Below, one piece after another: positions 24,301-39,300 of a stretch of DNA of 64,000 bases. The stretch is from Eledone cirrhosa. Lineage: Eukaryota. The stretch lies in the NCBI GenBank assembly GCA_964016885.1, contig OZ024760.1, positions 32,116,001 to 32,180,000 of the forward strand, in the 5' to 3' direction. The notes beneath the pieces are model-generated. The model did not search any database and was not told where the DNA came from. It saw nothing but the letters and a program-made list of their open reading frames with translations. A program made the translations under genes and the position numbers. Position 1 is the stretch's first letter. The number at the start of each line of letters is the position of its first letter.

Positions 24301-27300
24301 ACAGCCCTACCACTGCAGATACAGTTCTACCGCTGTAGATATAGTCCTACCACTGTAGATACAGTCCTACCACTGTAGATATAGCCCTACCACTGTAGAT
24401 ATAGCCCTACCACTAGTTATAGTCCTACCAATGTAGATACAGCCCTACCACTGTAGATACAGCCCTACCACTTTAGATAAGAGTCCTACCACTGTAGATA
24501 CAGTCCTACCACTGTAGATATAGCCCTACTACTGTTGACATAGATCTACCACTGTAGTTATAGACCTACCACTGTACATATAGCCCTGCCACTGTAGATA
24601 TAGCCCTACCACTGTAGATATAGCCCTACCACTGTAGTTATAGTCCTACCACTGTAGATATAGTCCAACCACTGTAGATACAGTACTACCACTATAGATA
24701 TAGTCCTACCACTGTAGATATAGCCCTACCACTGTATATACAGCCCTACCACTGTAGATACAGTTCTACCACTGTAGATACAGTTCTACCACTGTAGATA
24801 CAGCCCTACCACTGTAAATATAGTCCTACAACAGTAGATACAGTCCTACCACTGTAGATACAGTCTTACCACTGTAGATATAGTCCTACCACTGTAGATA
24901 TAGTCCTACCACTGTTGATAAAGTCCTACCACTGTAGATACAGTCCTACCACTGTTGATACAGTCCTACCACTGTAGATATAGTCCTACCACTGTATATA
25001 CAGCCCTACCACTGTAGATACAGTCCTACCACTGTATATACAGTCCTACCACTGTAGATACAGTCCTACCACTGTAGATACAGTCCTACCACTGTTGATA
25101 CAGTCCTACCACTGTAGATATAGTCCTACCACTGTAGATACAGTCCTACCACTGTAGATACAGTCCTACCACTGTAGATATAGTCCTACAACTGTAGATA
25201 CAGTCCTACCACTGTAGATATAGTACTACCACTGTAGATATAGCCCTACCACTGTAGATAAAGTCCTACCACTGTAGATACAGTCCTACCACTGTAGATA
25301 TAGTCCTACCACTGTAGATATAGTACTACCACTGTTGATAAAGTCCTACCACTGTAGATACAGTCCTACCACTGTTGATACAGTCCTACCACTGTAGATA
25401 TAGTCCTACCACTGTATATACAGCCCTACCACTGTAGATATAGCCCTACCACTGTAGATAAAGTCCTACCACTGTAGATACAGTCCTACCACTGTAGATA
25501 TAGTACTACCAATATTGATACAGTCCTACCACTGTAGATATAGTCTTACCACTGTAGATATAGTCCTACCACTGTAGATACAGTCCTACCACTGTAGATA
25601 TAGTACTACCACTATTGATACAGTCCTACCACTGTAGATATAGTCTTACCACTGTAGATACAGTCCTACCACTGTAGATATAGTCCTACCACTGTAGATA
25701 TAGTACTACCACTGTTGATAAAGTCCTACCACTGTAGATACAGTCCTACCACTGTTGATACAGTCCTACCACTGTAGATATAGTCCTACCACCGTAGATA
25801 CAGTCATACCACTGTAGATATAGCCCTACCACTGTAGATACAGTCCTACCACTGTAGATACCATCCTACCACTGTAGATACCATCCTACCACTGTATATA
25901 TAGTCCTACCACTGTAGATACAGTCCTACCACTGCATATATAGCCCTACCACTGTAGATACAGCCCTACCACTGTAGGTACAGTCCTACCACTCTAAATA
26001 TAGTCCTACCACTGTATATACAGTCCTACCACTGTAGATACAGTCCTACCACTGTAGATATAGTCCTACCACTATAGATATAGTCCTACCACTGTATATA
26101 TAGTCCTACCACTGTAGTTACAGGCCTACCACTGTAGATATAGTCCTACCACTGTAGATACAGTCCTACCACTGTAGATACAGTCCTACCACTGTAGATA
26201 TAGTCATACCACTGGAGATATAGCCCCACCACTGTAGATATAGCCCTAGCACTAAGATACAGTCCTACCACTGTAGATACAGTCCTACCACTGTAGATAT
26301 AGTCTTACCACTGTAGATATAGTCCTACCACTGTAGATATAGTCCTACCACTGTAGATATAGTCCTACCACTGTAGATACAGTCCTACCACTGTAGATAC
26401 AGTCCTACCACTGTAGATACAGTCCTACCACTGTAGATACAGTCCTACCACTGTAGATATAGTCCTACCACTGTAGATATAGTCATACCACTGGAGATAT
26501 AGCCCCACCACTGTAGATATAGCCCTAGCACTAAGATACAGTCCTACCACTGTAGATACAGTCCTACCACTGTAGATATAGTCTTACCACTGTAGATATA
26601 GTCCTACCACTGTAGATATAGTCCTACCACTGTAGATATAGCCCTACCACTGTAGATACAGTCCTACCACTGTAGATACAGTCCTACCACTGTAGATACA
26701 GTCCTACCACTGTAGATACAGTCCTACCACTGTAGATATAGTCCTACCACTGTAGATATAGCCCTACCACTGCAGATATAGCCCTACCACTGTAGTTATA
26801 GTCCTACCACTGTAGATATAGCCCTACCACTGTAGTTATAGTCCTACCACTGTAGATATAACCCTGCCACTGTAGATATAGCCCTACCACTGTAGATACA
26901 GCCCTACCACTTTAGATACAGCCCTACCACTGCAGATACAGTTCTACCGCTGTAGATATAGTCCTACCACTGTAGATACAGTCCTACCACTGTAGATATA
27001 GCCCTACCACTGTAGATATAGCCCTACCACTAGTTATAGTCCTACCAATGTAGATACAGCCCTACCACTGTAGATACAGCCCTACCACTTTAGATAAGAG
27101 TCCTACCACTGTAGATACAGTCCTACCACTGTAGATATAGCCCTACTACTGTTGACATAGATCTACCACTGTAGTTATAGACCTACCACTGTACATATAG
27201 CCCTGCCACTGTAGATATAGCCCTACCACTGTAGATATAGCCCTACCACTGTAGTTATAGTCCTACCACTGTAGATATAGTCCAACCACTGTAGATACAG

Positions 27301-30300
27301 TACTACCACTATAGATATAGTCCTACCACTGTAGATATAGCCCTACCACTGTATATACAGCCCTACCACTGTAGATACAGTTCTACCACTGTAGATACAG
27401 TTCTACCACTGTAGATACAGCCCTACCACTGTAAATATAGTCCTACAACAGTAGATACAGTCCTACCACTGTAGATACAGTCTTACCACTGTAGATATAG
27501 TCCTACCACTGTAGATATAGTCCTACCACTGTTGATAAAGTCCTACCACTGTAGATACAGTCCTACCACTGTTGATACAGTCCTACCACTGTAGATATAG
27601 TCCTACCACTGTATATACAGCCCTACCACTGTAGATACAGTCCTACCACTGTATATACAGTCCTACCACTGTAGATACAGTCCTACCACTGTAGATACAG
27701 TCCTACCACTGTTGATACAGTCCTACCACTGTAGATATAGTCCTACCACTGTAGATACAGTCCTACCACTGTAGATACAGTCCTACCACTGTAGATATAG
27801 TCCTACAACTGTAGATACAGTCCTACCACTGTAGATATAGTACTACCACTGTAGATATAGCCCTACCACTGTAGATAAAGTCCTACCACTGTAGATACAG
27901 TCCTACCACTGTAGATATAGTCCTACCACTGTAGATATAGTACTACCACTGTTGATAAAGTCCTACCACTGTAGATACAGTCCTACCACTGTTGATACAG
28001 TCCTACCACTGTAGATATAGTCCTACCACTGTATATACAGCCCTACCACTGTAGATATAGCCCTACCACTGTAGATAAAGTCCTACCACTGTAGATACAG
28101 TCCTACCACTGTAGATATAGTACTACCAATATTGATACAGTCCTACCACTGTAGATATAGTCTTACCACTGTAGATATAGTCCTACCACTGTAGATACAG
28201 TCCTACCACTGTAGATATAGTACTACCACTATTGATACAGTCCTACCACTGTAGATATAGTCTTACCACTGTAGATACAGTCCTACCACTGTAGATATAG
28301 TCCTACCACTGTAGATATAGTACTACCACTGTTGATAAAGTCCTACCACTGTAGATACAGTCCTACCACTGTTGATACAGTCCTACCACTGTAGATATAG
28401 TCCTACCACTGTATATACAGCCCTACCACTGTAGATATAGCCCTACCACTGTAGATAAAGTCCTACCACTGTAGATACAGTCCTACCACTGTAGATATAG
28501 TACTACCAATATTGATACAGTCCTACCACTGTAGATATAGTCTTACCACTGTAGATATAGTCCTACCACTGTAGATACAGTCCTACCACTGTAGATATAG
28601 TACTACCACTATTGATACAGCCCTACCACTGTAGATACAGTCCTACCATTGTAGATGCAGTCATACCACTGTAGTTACAGTCCTACCACTGTAGATATAG
28701 TCCTGCCACTGTAGATATAGTCCTACCACTGTAGATATAGTCCTACCACTGTAGGTACATTACTACCACTGTAGATACAGTCCTACCATTGTAGATGCAG
28801 TCATACCACTGTAGTTACAGTCCTACCACTGTAGATATAGTCCTGCCACTGTAGATACAGCCCTACCACTGTAGATACAGTCCTACCATTGTAGATGCAG
28901 TCATACCACTGTAGTTACAGTCCTACCACTGTAGATATAGTCCTACCACTGTAGATATAGTCCTACCACTGTAGATATAGTCCTACCACTGTAGGTACAT
29001 TACTACCACTGTAGATACAGTCCTACCATTGTAGATGCAGTCATACCACTGTAGTTACAGTCCTACCACTGTAGATACAGTCCTACCATTGTAGATGCAG
29101 TCATACCACTGTAGTTACAGTCCTACCACTGTAGATATAGTACTACCACTGTAGATACAGTCCTACCACTGTAGATATAGTCCTGCCACTGTAGATAAGC
29201 TCTACCACTGTATATACAGTCCTACCACTGTAGATACAGTCCTACCATTGTAGATGCAGTCATACCACTGTAGTTACAGTCCTACCACTGTAGATATAGT
29301 CCTACCACTGTAGATACAGTCCTACCACTGTAGAATCAGTCTTACCACTGTAGATACAGTCCTACCACTGTATATACAGCCCTACCACTGTATATACAGC
29401 CCTACCACTGTAGATACAGTCCTACCACTGTAGATACAGTCCTACCACTGTAGATATAGTCCTACCACTGTAGATACATTACTACCACTGTAGATACAGC
29501 GCTACCACTGTAGATATAGCCCTACCACTGTAGATACAGTCCTACCACTGTAGATACAGTTCTACCACTGTAGATACAGTCCTACCAGTGTAGATACAGT
29601 CCTACCACTGTAGATACAGTCCTACCATTGTAGATGCAGTCATACCACTGTAGTTACAGTCCTACCACTGTGGATATAGCCCTACCACTGTAGATACAGC
29701 CCTACCACTGTAGATATAGCACTACAACTGTATATATAGTCATAACACTCTAGATACACTCATACCACTCTAGATACAGCCCTACCACTGTAGATACTGT
29801 ACTACCACTGTAGATACAGCCCTACCACTGTAGATATAGTCCTACCACTGTAGATATAGCCCTACCACTGTAGATACAGTCATAACACTCTAGATACAGT
29901 AATACCACTGTAGATACAGCCCTACCACTGTAGATACAGCCCTACCACTGTAGATACATTCTTACCACTGTAGAGATAGAACTAACACTGTAAATACAGC
30001 TCTACCACTGTAGATATAGTCCTACCACTGTAGATATAGCCCTACCACCGTAGATACAGTCATACCACTGTAGATATAGCCCTACCACTGTAGATACAGT
30101 CCTACCACTGTATATACAGTCCTACCACTGCATATATAGCCCTACCACTGTAGATACAGTCCTACCACTGTATATACAGTCCTACCACTGTATATATAGT
30201 CCTACCACTGTAGATACAGTCCTACCACTGCATATATAGCCCTACCACTGTAGATACAGCCCTACCACTGTAGGTACAGTCCTACCACTTTAGATACAGC

Positions 30301-33300
30301 CCTACCACAGCAGATACAGTTCTACCGCTGTAGATATAGTCCTACCACGGTAGATACAGTCCTACCACTGTAGATATAGCCCTACCTCTGTAGATATAGC
30401 CCTACCACTAGTTATAGTCCTACCAATGTAGATACAGTCCTACCACTGTAGATACAGCCCTACCACTATAGATAAGAGTCCTACCACTGTAGATACAGTC
30501 CTACCACTGTAGATATAGCCCTACTACTGTTGATATAGCCCTACCACTGTAGTTATAGACCTACCACTGTAGATATAGCCCTGCCACTGTAGATATAGCC
30601 CTACCACTGTAGTTATAGTCCTACCACTGTAGATACAGCCCTACCACTGTAGATACAGTCCTACCACTGTAGATGCAGTCCAACCACTGTAGATATAGTC
30701 CTACCACTGTAGATATAGTAATACCACTGTAGATATAGTCCTACCACTGTAGATACCGTCCTACCACTGTAGATATAGTCCTACCACTGTAGATACAGTC
30801 CTACCATTGTAGATATAGTACTACCACTGTTGATACAGTCCTACCACAGTAGATATAGTCCTACCACTGTACATACACTCCTACCACTGTAGATATAGTA
30901 CTACCACTGTAGATATAGTCCTACCACTGTAGATACAGCCCTACCACTGTATATACAGCCCTACCACTGTAGATACAGTCCTACCATTGTAGATGCAGTC
31001 ATACCACTGTAGTTACAGTCCTACCACTGTAGATATAGTACTACCACTGTAGATACAGTCCTACCACTGTAGATATAGTCCTGCCACTGTAGATACAGTC
31101 ATACCACTGTAGATACAGTCCTACCACTGTAGATACAGTCCTACCATTGTAGATGCAGTCATACCACTGTAGTTACAGTCCTACCACTGTAGATATAGTC
31201 CTACCACTGCAGATATAGCCCTACCACTGTAGATACAGTCCTACCACTGTATATACAGCCCTACCACTGTAGATACAGTCCTACCACTGTAGATACAGTC
31301 CTACCACTGTAGATATAGCCCTACCACTGTAGATACAGTCCTACCACTGTAAATACAGTCCTACCACTGTAGATATAGCCCTACCACTGTAGATATAGTC
31401 CTACCACTGTAGATATAGCCCTACTACTGTGATACAGCCCTACCACTGTAGATATAGTCCTACCACTGAAGATATAGCCCTACCACTATATATGTAGCCC
31501 TATACTGTGATACAGCCCTACCACCGTAGATACAGTCCTGTCACTGTAGATATTCTCCTACCACTGTAGATACAGTCATACCACTGATGTTACAGTCCTA
31601 CCACTGTAGATACAATCTTACCACTGTAAATATAGTCCTACCACTGTACATACAGTCCTACCACTGCATATATAGTCCTACCACTGTAGATACAGTCATA
31701 CCACTGTAGATATAGCCCTACCACCGTAGATACAGTCCTACCACTGTAGATACAGTCCTACCACTGTATATATAGTCCTACCACTGTAGATACAGTCCTA
31801 CCACTGCATATATAGCCCTACCACTGTAGATACAGCTCTACCACTGTAGGTACAGTCCTACCACTCTAAATATAGTCCTACCACTGTATATACAGTCCTA
31901 CCACTGTAGATATAGTCCTACCACTGTAGATATAGTCCTACCACTGTAGATATAGTCCTACCACTGTAGATACAGTCCTACCACTGTAGATACAGTCCTA
32001 CCACTGTAGATATAGTCCTACCACTATAGATACAGTCCTACCACTGTAGATATAGCCCTACCACTGTAGATACAGCCCTACCACTGTAGATACAGTCCTA
32101 CCACTGTAGATATAGTCCTACCACTATAGATACAGTCCTATCACTGTGGATATAGCCCTACCACTGTAGATACAGCCCTACCACTGTAGATATAGCACTA
32201 CAACTGTAGATACAGTCCTACAACTGTAGATACAGTTTTACCACTGTAGATACAGTCCTACCACTGTAGATACAGTCCTACCACTGTAGATACAGTCCTA
32301 CCACTGTGGATATAGCCCTACCACTGTAGATACAGCCCTACCACTGTCGATATAGCACTACAACTTTATATATAGCCCTACTACTGTAGATATAGTCATA
32401 ACACTCTAGATACACTCATACCACTGTAGATACAGTCCTACCAATGTAGAGACAGCCCTACCACTGTAGATACAGCCCTACCACTGTAGATACATTCTTG
32501 CCACTGTAGAGATAGAACTAACACTGTAGATACAGCCCTACCACTGTAGATATAGTCCTACCACTGTAGATATAGCCCTACCACTGTAGATATAGCCCTA
32601 CCACTGTAGATATAGCCCTACCACTGTAGATATAGCCCTACCACCGTACATACAGTCATACCACTGTAGATATCCTCCTACCACCGTAGATATAGTCCTA
32701 GCACTGTAGATATTGTCCTACCACTATAGATATAGTCCTACCACTGTAGATACAGTCCTACCACTGTAGATACAGTCATACCACTGTAGTTACAGTCCTA
32801 CCACTGTAGATACAGCTCTACCACTGTAGATACAGTCCTACCATTGTAGATGCAGACATACCACTGTAGTTACAGTCCTACCACTGTAGATATAGTACTA
32901 CCACTGTAGATACAGTCCTACCACTGTAGATATAGTCCTGCCACTGTAGATACAGTCATACCACTGTAGATACAGTCCTACCACTGTAGATACAGTCCTA
33001 CCATTGTAGATGCAGTCATACCACTGTAGTTACAGTCCTACCACTGTAGATATAGTCCTACCACTGCAGATATAGCCCTACCACTGTAGATACAGTCCTA
33101 CCACTGTATATACAGCCCTACCACTGTAGATACAGTCCTACCACTGTAGATACAGTCCTACCACTGTAGATATAGCCCTACCACTGTAGATACAGTCCTA
33201 CCACTGTAAATACAGTCCTACCACTGTAGATATAGCCCTACCACTGTAGATATAGTCCTACCACTGTAGATATAGCCCTACTACTGTGATACAGCCCTAC

Positions 33301-36300
33301 CACTGTAGATATAGTCCTACCACTGAAGATATAGCCCTACCACTATATATGTAGCCCTATACTGTGATACAGCCCTACCACCGTAGATACAGTCCTGTCA
33401 CTGTAGATATTCTCCTACCACTGTAGATACAGTCATACCACTGATGTTACAGTCCTACCACTGTAGATACAATCTTACCACTGTAAATATAGTCCTACCA
33501 CTGTACATACAGTCCTACCACTGCATATATAGTCCTACCACTGTAGATACAGTCATACCACTGTAGATATAGCCCTACCACCGTAGATACAGTCCTACCA
33601 CTGTAGATACAGTCCTACCACTGTATATATAGTCCTACCACTGTAGATACAGTCCTACCACTGCATATATAGCCCTACCACTGTAGATACAGCTCTACCA
33701 CTGTAGGTACAGTCCTACCACTCTAAATATAGTCCTACCACTGTATATACAGTCCTACCACTGTAGATATAGTCCTACCACTGTAGATATAGTCCTACCA
33801 CTGTAGATATAGTCCTACCACTGTAGATACAGTCCTACCACTGTAGATACAGTCCTACCACTGTAGATATAGTCCTACCACTATAGATACAGTCCTACCA
33901 CTGTAGATATAGCCCTACCACTGTAGATACAGCCCTACCACTGTAGATACAGTCCTACCACTGTAGATATAGTCCTACCACTATAGATACAGTCCTATCA
34001 CTGTGGATATAGCCCTACCACTGTAGATACAGCCCTACCACTGTAGATATAGCACTACAACTGTAGATACAGTCCTACAACTGTAGATACAGTTTTACCA
34101 CTGTAGATACAGTCCTACCACTGTAGATACAGTCCTACCACTGTAGATACAGTCCTACCACTGTGGATATAGCCCTACCACTGTAGATACAGCCCTACCA
34201 CTGTCGATATAGCACTACAACTTTATATATAGCCCTACTACTGTAGATATAGTCATAACACTCTAGATACACTCATACCACTGTAGATACAGTCCTACCA
34301 ATGTAGAGACAGCCCTACCACTGTAGATACAGCCCTACCACTGTAGATACATTCTTGCCACTGTAGAGATAGAACTAACACTGTAGATACAGCCCTACCA
34401 CTGTAGATATAGTCCTACCACTGTAGATATAGCCCTACCACTGTAGATATAGCCCTACCACTGTAGATATAGCCCTACCACTGTAGATATAGCCCTACCA
34501 CCGTACATACAGTCATACCACTGTAGATATCCTCCTACCACCGTAGATATAGTCCTAGCACTGTAGATATTGTCCTACCACTATAGATATAGTCCTACCA
34601 CTGTAGATACAGTCCTACCACTGTAGATACAGTCATACCACTGTAGTTACAGTCCTACCACTGTAGATACAGCTCTACCACTGTAGATACAGTCCTACCA
34701 TTGTAGATGCAGACATACCACTGTAGTTACAGTCCTACCACTGTAGATATAGTCCTACCACTGTAGTTATAGCCCTACCACTGTAGATATAGCCCTACCA
34801 CTGTAGATATAGCCCTACCACTGTTGATACAGTCCTACCACTGTAGATATAGTCCTACCACTGTAGATACAGCCCTACCACTGTAGATATAGCCCTACCA
34901 CTGTAGATACAGTCCTACCACTGTATATACAGTCCTACCACTGTAGATACAGTCCTACCACTGTATATACAGTCATACCACTGTAGATATAGTCCTACCA
35001 CTGTAGATACAGTCCTACCACTGTAGATATAGTCCTACCATTGTAGATACAGTCCTACCACTGTATTTATAGTCCTACCACTGTAGATATAGTCCTACCA
35101 TTGTAGATACAGTCATACCACTGTAGATACAGTCCTACCACTGTATATACAGTCCTACCACTGTAGATACAGTCCTACCACTGTAGATACAGTCATACCA
35201 CTGTAGATACAGTCCTACCACTGTAGATACAGTCCTACCACTGTATATACAGTCCTACCACTGAAGATATAGCCCTACCACTGTATATATAGCCCTACTA
35301 CTATTGATATAGGCCTACCACTGTAGATCTAGCCCTACTACTGTAGATATACTCCTAACACTCTACATACAATCCTACCACTGTAGATACAGTCATACCA
35401 CTGTAGATATAGCCCTACCACTGTAGATACAGTCCTACCACTGTAGATACAGTCCTACGACTGTAGATATAGTACTACCACTATAGATACAGTCCTACCA
35501 CTGTAGATACAGTCCTACCACTGTGGATACAGTTCTACCACTGTAGATACAGACCTACCACTGTAGATACAGTCCTACCACTGTAGATATAGCCCTACAA
35601 CTGTAGATACAGCCCTACCACTGTAGATATAGCCCTACAACTGTAGATACAGTCCTACCACTGTTGATATAGCCCTACCACTGTAGATACATTACCACCA
35701 CTGTAGATACAGTCCTACCACTGTAGATACAGTTCTACCACTGTAGATACAGTCCTACCACTGTATATACAGTCCTACCACTGTGGATATAGCCCTACCA
35801 CTGTAGATACAGCCCTACCACTGTAGATATAGCACTACAACTGTATATATAGCCCTACTACTGTAGATACAGCCCTACCACTGTACATATAGCACTACAA
35901 CAGTAGATACAGCCCTACCACTGTAGAGATAGAACTACCACTGTAGATACAATCCTACCACTGTAGATACAGTCCTACCACTGTAGATATAGCGCTACCA
36001 CTGTAGATACAGTCATACCACTGTAGATACAGCCCTACCACTGTAGATACATTCTTACCACTGTAGAGATAGAACTACCACTGTAGATACAGCCCTACCA
36101 CTGTAGATATAGTCCTACCACTGTAGATATAGCCCTACCACTGTAGATACAGTCATAACACTCTAGATACAGTAATACCACTGTAGATACAGCCCTACCA
36201 CTGTAGATACAGCCCTACCACTGTAGATACAGCCCTATCACTGTAGATACAGTCCTACCACTGTAGATACAGTCCTACCACTGTAGATATAGTAGTACCA

Positions 36301-39300
36301 CTGTAGATATAGTCCTACCACTGTAGATATATCCCTACCACTGTAGATACAGTCCTACCACTGTATATACAGTCATACCAGTGTAGATATAGTCCTACCA
36401 TTGTAGATATAGCCCTACCACTGTAGATATAGTCCAACCACTGTAGATATAGCCCTACCACTGTAGATATAGTCCTACCACTGTATATACAGTCCTACCA
36501 CTGTAGATACAGTCCTACCACTGTAGATACAGTCCTACCACTGTAGATACAGTCCTACCACTGTAGATACAGTCCTACCACTGTAGATACAGTCCTACCA
36601 CTGTAGATATAGTCCTACCACTGTAGATACAGTCATACCACTGTAGATACAGTCCTACCACTGTATATACAGTCCTACCACTGTAGATATATCCCTACCA
36701 CTGTAGATATATCTCTACCACTGAAGATATAGCCTTACCACTGTATATATAGCCCTACCACTGTAGATATAGTCCTACTACTGTAGATATAGTCCTAACA
36801 CTCTAGATACAATCCTACCACTGTAGATATAGCCCTACCACTGTAGATATAGCCCTACCACTGTAGATACAGTCCTACCACTGTAGATACAGTCCTACCA
36901 CTGTAGATACAGTCCTACCACTGTAGATACAGTCCTACAACTGTAGATACAGTCCTACCACTGTAGATATAGTCCTACCACTGTAGATATAGTCCTACCA
37001 CTGTAGATACAGTCCTACCACTGTAGATACAGTCCTACCACTGTAGATATAGTCCTACCACTGTAGATACAGTCCTACTACTGTAGATATAGTCCTACCA
37101 CTGTAGATATAGTCCTACCACTGTAGATACAGTCCTACCACTGTAAATATAGTCCTACCACTGTATATACAGCCCTACCACTGTAGATACAGTCCTACCA
37201 CTGTAGATATAGCCCTACCACTGTAGATACAGTCCTACCACTGTAGATACAGTCATACCACCTGTAGATACAATCCTACCACTGTGGATACAGCCCTACC
37301 ACTGTAGATATAGCACTACAACTGTATATATAGCCCTACTACTGTAGATACATTCTTACCACTGTAGAGATAGAACTACCACTGTAGATACAGCCCTACC
37401 ACTGTATATATCGTCCTATCACTGTAGATATTGCCCTACCACTGTAGATATAGTCCTACCACTGTATATATAGTCCTACCACTTTTAGTTTCAGACCTAC
37501 CAATATAGATATAGTCATACCACTGGAGATATGGCCCTACCACTGTAGATATAGTCCTACCACTGTAGATATAGCCCTACCACTGTAGATACAGTTCCGC
37601 CACTGTAGATACAGTCCTACCACTGTAGATATAGTCCTACCACTGTAGATACAGTCCTACCACTGTAGTTATAGTCCTACCATTGTAGATACAGTCATAC
37701 CACTGTAGATACAGTCCTACCACTGTATATACAGTCCTACCACTGTAGATACAGTCTTACCACTGTATATACAGTCCTACCACTGTAGATACAGTCCTAC
37801 CACTGTAGATACAGTCCTACCACTGTATATACAGTCATACCACTGTAGATACAGTCCTACCACTGTATATACAGTCCTACCACTGTAGATACAGTCAACC
37901 CACTGTAGATACAGTCCTACCACTGTATATACAGTCCTACCACTGTAGATACAGTCCTACCACTGTAGATACAGTCATACCACTGTAGATACAGTCCTAC
38001 CACTGTAGATACAGTCATACCACTGTAGATACAGTCCTACCACTGTAGATACAGTCCTACCACTGTATATACAGTCCTACCACTGTAGATATATCCCTAC
38101 CACTGTAGATATATCCCTACCACTGAAGATATAGCCCTACCACTGTATATATATAGCCCTACTACTGTAGATATAGGCCTACCACTGTAGATCTAGCCCT
38201 ACTACTGTAGATATAGTCCTAACACTCTAGATACATTCCTACCACTGTAGATACAGCCCTACCACTGTAAATACAGTCCTACCACTGTAAATATAGTCCT
38301 ACCACTGTATATACAGTCCTACCACTGTAGATACAGTCCTACCACTGTGGATACAGTCCTACCAATGTAGATATAGTCCTACCACTGTAGATACAGTCCT
38401 ACCACTGTAGATACAGTCCTACCACTGTAGAGATAGAACTACCACTGTAGAGATAGAACTACCACTGTAGATACAGCCCTACCACTGTAGGTATATTACT
38501 ACCACTATAGATACAGTCCTACCACTGTAGATACAGTTCTACCACTGTAGATACAGTCCTACCACTGTATATACAGTCCTACCACTGTGGATATAGCCCT
38601 ACCACTGTAGATATAGCACTACAACTGTATATATAGCCCTACTACTGTAGATACAGCCCTACCACTGTAGATATAGCACTACAACTGTAGATACAGTCCT
38701 ACCACTGTAGAGATAGAACTACCACTGTAGATACAGTCATACCACTGTAGATACAGCCCTACCACTGTAGATACAGTCATAACACTCTAGATACACTCAT
38801 ACCACTGTAGATACAGCCCTACCACTGTAGATACATTCTTACCACTGTAGAGATAGAACTACAACTGTAGATACAGCCCTACCACTGTAGATATAGTCCT
38901 ACCACTGTAGATATAGCCCTACCACTGTAGATACAGTCCTACCACTGTAGATACAGTCATAACACTCTAGATACAGTAATACCACTGTAGATACAGCTTT
39001 ACCACTGTAGATACAGCCCTACCACTGTAGATACAGTCCTACCACTGTATATACAGTCCTACCACTGTAGATACAGTCCTACCACTGTAGATATATCCCT
39101 ACCACTGTAGATACAGTCATACCACTGTAGATACAGTCCTACCACTGTAGATATAGTCCTATCACTGCATATACAGTCCTACCACTGTAGATATATCCCT
39201 GCCACTGTAGATATATCCCTACCACTGTAGATACAGCCCTACCACTATAGATACAGTCCTACCACTGTAGATACAGTCCTACCACTGTAGATACAGTCCT

